Shown here: one piece after another, positions 63,667 to 64,000 of the stretch
Layout: each line of letters starts with the position of its first letter
Numbering within the stretch: position 1 is the first letter of the stretch
Source: a phage
Sequence record: NC_100371.1
Strand: one strand, 5' to 3'
DNA length: 64,000 nt
Made by a program: the position numbers and the translations under genes
The notes under the pieces: generated by a model
What the model was told of the DNA's origin: nothing
Seen by the model: the letters and a program-made list of their open reading frames with translations, nothing else
The model's database searches: none

Positions 63667-64000
63667 TTAAAAAGGTATGTCATCATCAAAGGCGTACTGT
63701 GCCGGATTCTGATCCATCGGGTCGTCTTCCGCATCATCTACAGGAGGAGCGTCTACAGTGTTTTGCTGTGGGGCGGCTTCCTGTTTGGCAGCTTGAGGCT
63801 CTTGATGGTCAGTGGCTCCAGCACCGTTCTTGATCCAATCATACAACGGTTCAGCAAGATTAGTCAAGACATCTTTTGCCTCTGCAGTAATTGCTACTGC
63901 AAAATCATCAACTTTCGTTTTCTTGTCAATACGGCGACAAGCGTTCAATACCGCATTACCAACACTGGCACCTACTTCATCTTCAGTTCGGTTAGTGGCT
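63667..64000 (-). CDS. single-stranded DNA-binding protein, C-terminal part (N-terminus outside the window)
   Basis: Frame open to the window edge; Gln/Pro/Ala-rich linker and terminal acidic tip ...FDDDIPF, typical of bacterial and phage SSBs. Confidence 0.5.
   Translation of the reverse strand, partial: ATNRTEDEVGASVGNAVLNACRRIDKKTKVDDFAVAITAEAKDVLTNLAEPLYDWIKNGAGATDHQEPQAAKQEAAPQQNTVDAPPVDDAEDDPMDQNPAQYAFDDDIPF

Noticed and set aside
1-64000. Integrase, attachment sites, rRNA genes or other signs of an integrated prophage or host DNA.
   Set aside because: None seen. Gene content (terminase, portal, nrd genes, tRNAs, endolysin, dense small early genes) fits a virulent phage, and no recombinase motifs were recognised.

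Overview
This window reads as part of a large virulent tailed-phage genome (Caudoviricetes; gene content resembles T5-like/Demerecviridae phages, though the DNA ligase here is ATP-dependent, not NAD-dependent). All calls come from reading the sequence and the ORF track by eye; no database search or RNA-folding tool was run. Layout: (1) 1-4800, minus strand: a probable portal gene running off the window edge, a terminase large-subunit gene split by a group I intron that carries an EndoVII/HNH homing endonuclease, and an Rz/Rz1 spanin pair. (2) 5190-6130, minus strand: seven tRNA genes behind a sigma70-like promoter. (3) 6200-10040, minus strand: small genes, a palindromic operator array, and a kinase plus metallophosphoesterase pair. 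(4) 10140-47240, plus strand: a long early-gene block with T4 Rnl1-like RNA ligase, Sir2-like protein, ATP-dependent DNA ligase, lambda R-type endolysin, flap endonuclease, RuvC-like and EndoVII-like nucleases, DnaQ-like exonuclease, two DNA methyltransferases, dNMP kinase, HAD nucleotidase, a ThyX-like gene split across two frames, nrdA, nrdB, glutaredoxin, nrdD, nrdG, phoH, a ClpP-like peptidase, an HPF-like ribosome hibernation factor, and a tandem array of paralogous small acidic proteins. (5) 47240-49730: a 2.4-kb stretch without credible ORFs, rich in repeats and dyad symmetry. (6) 49730-64000, minus strand: many small genes each with its own RBS, a TARG1/DarG-like macrodomain protein, repeated promoter-hairpin elements, and an SSB C-terminus at the window edge. 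The strongest candidates for an undescribed system are the tRNA/RNA-repair/Sir2/NTP-pyrophosphatase neighbourhood, the macrodomain gene pair, the acidic-protein array and the ORF-free repeat region; I cannot tell from sequence alone which, if any, is novel. Directly indexed coordinates (tRNAs, promoters, terminators, repeats) may be off by 1-2 nt.
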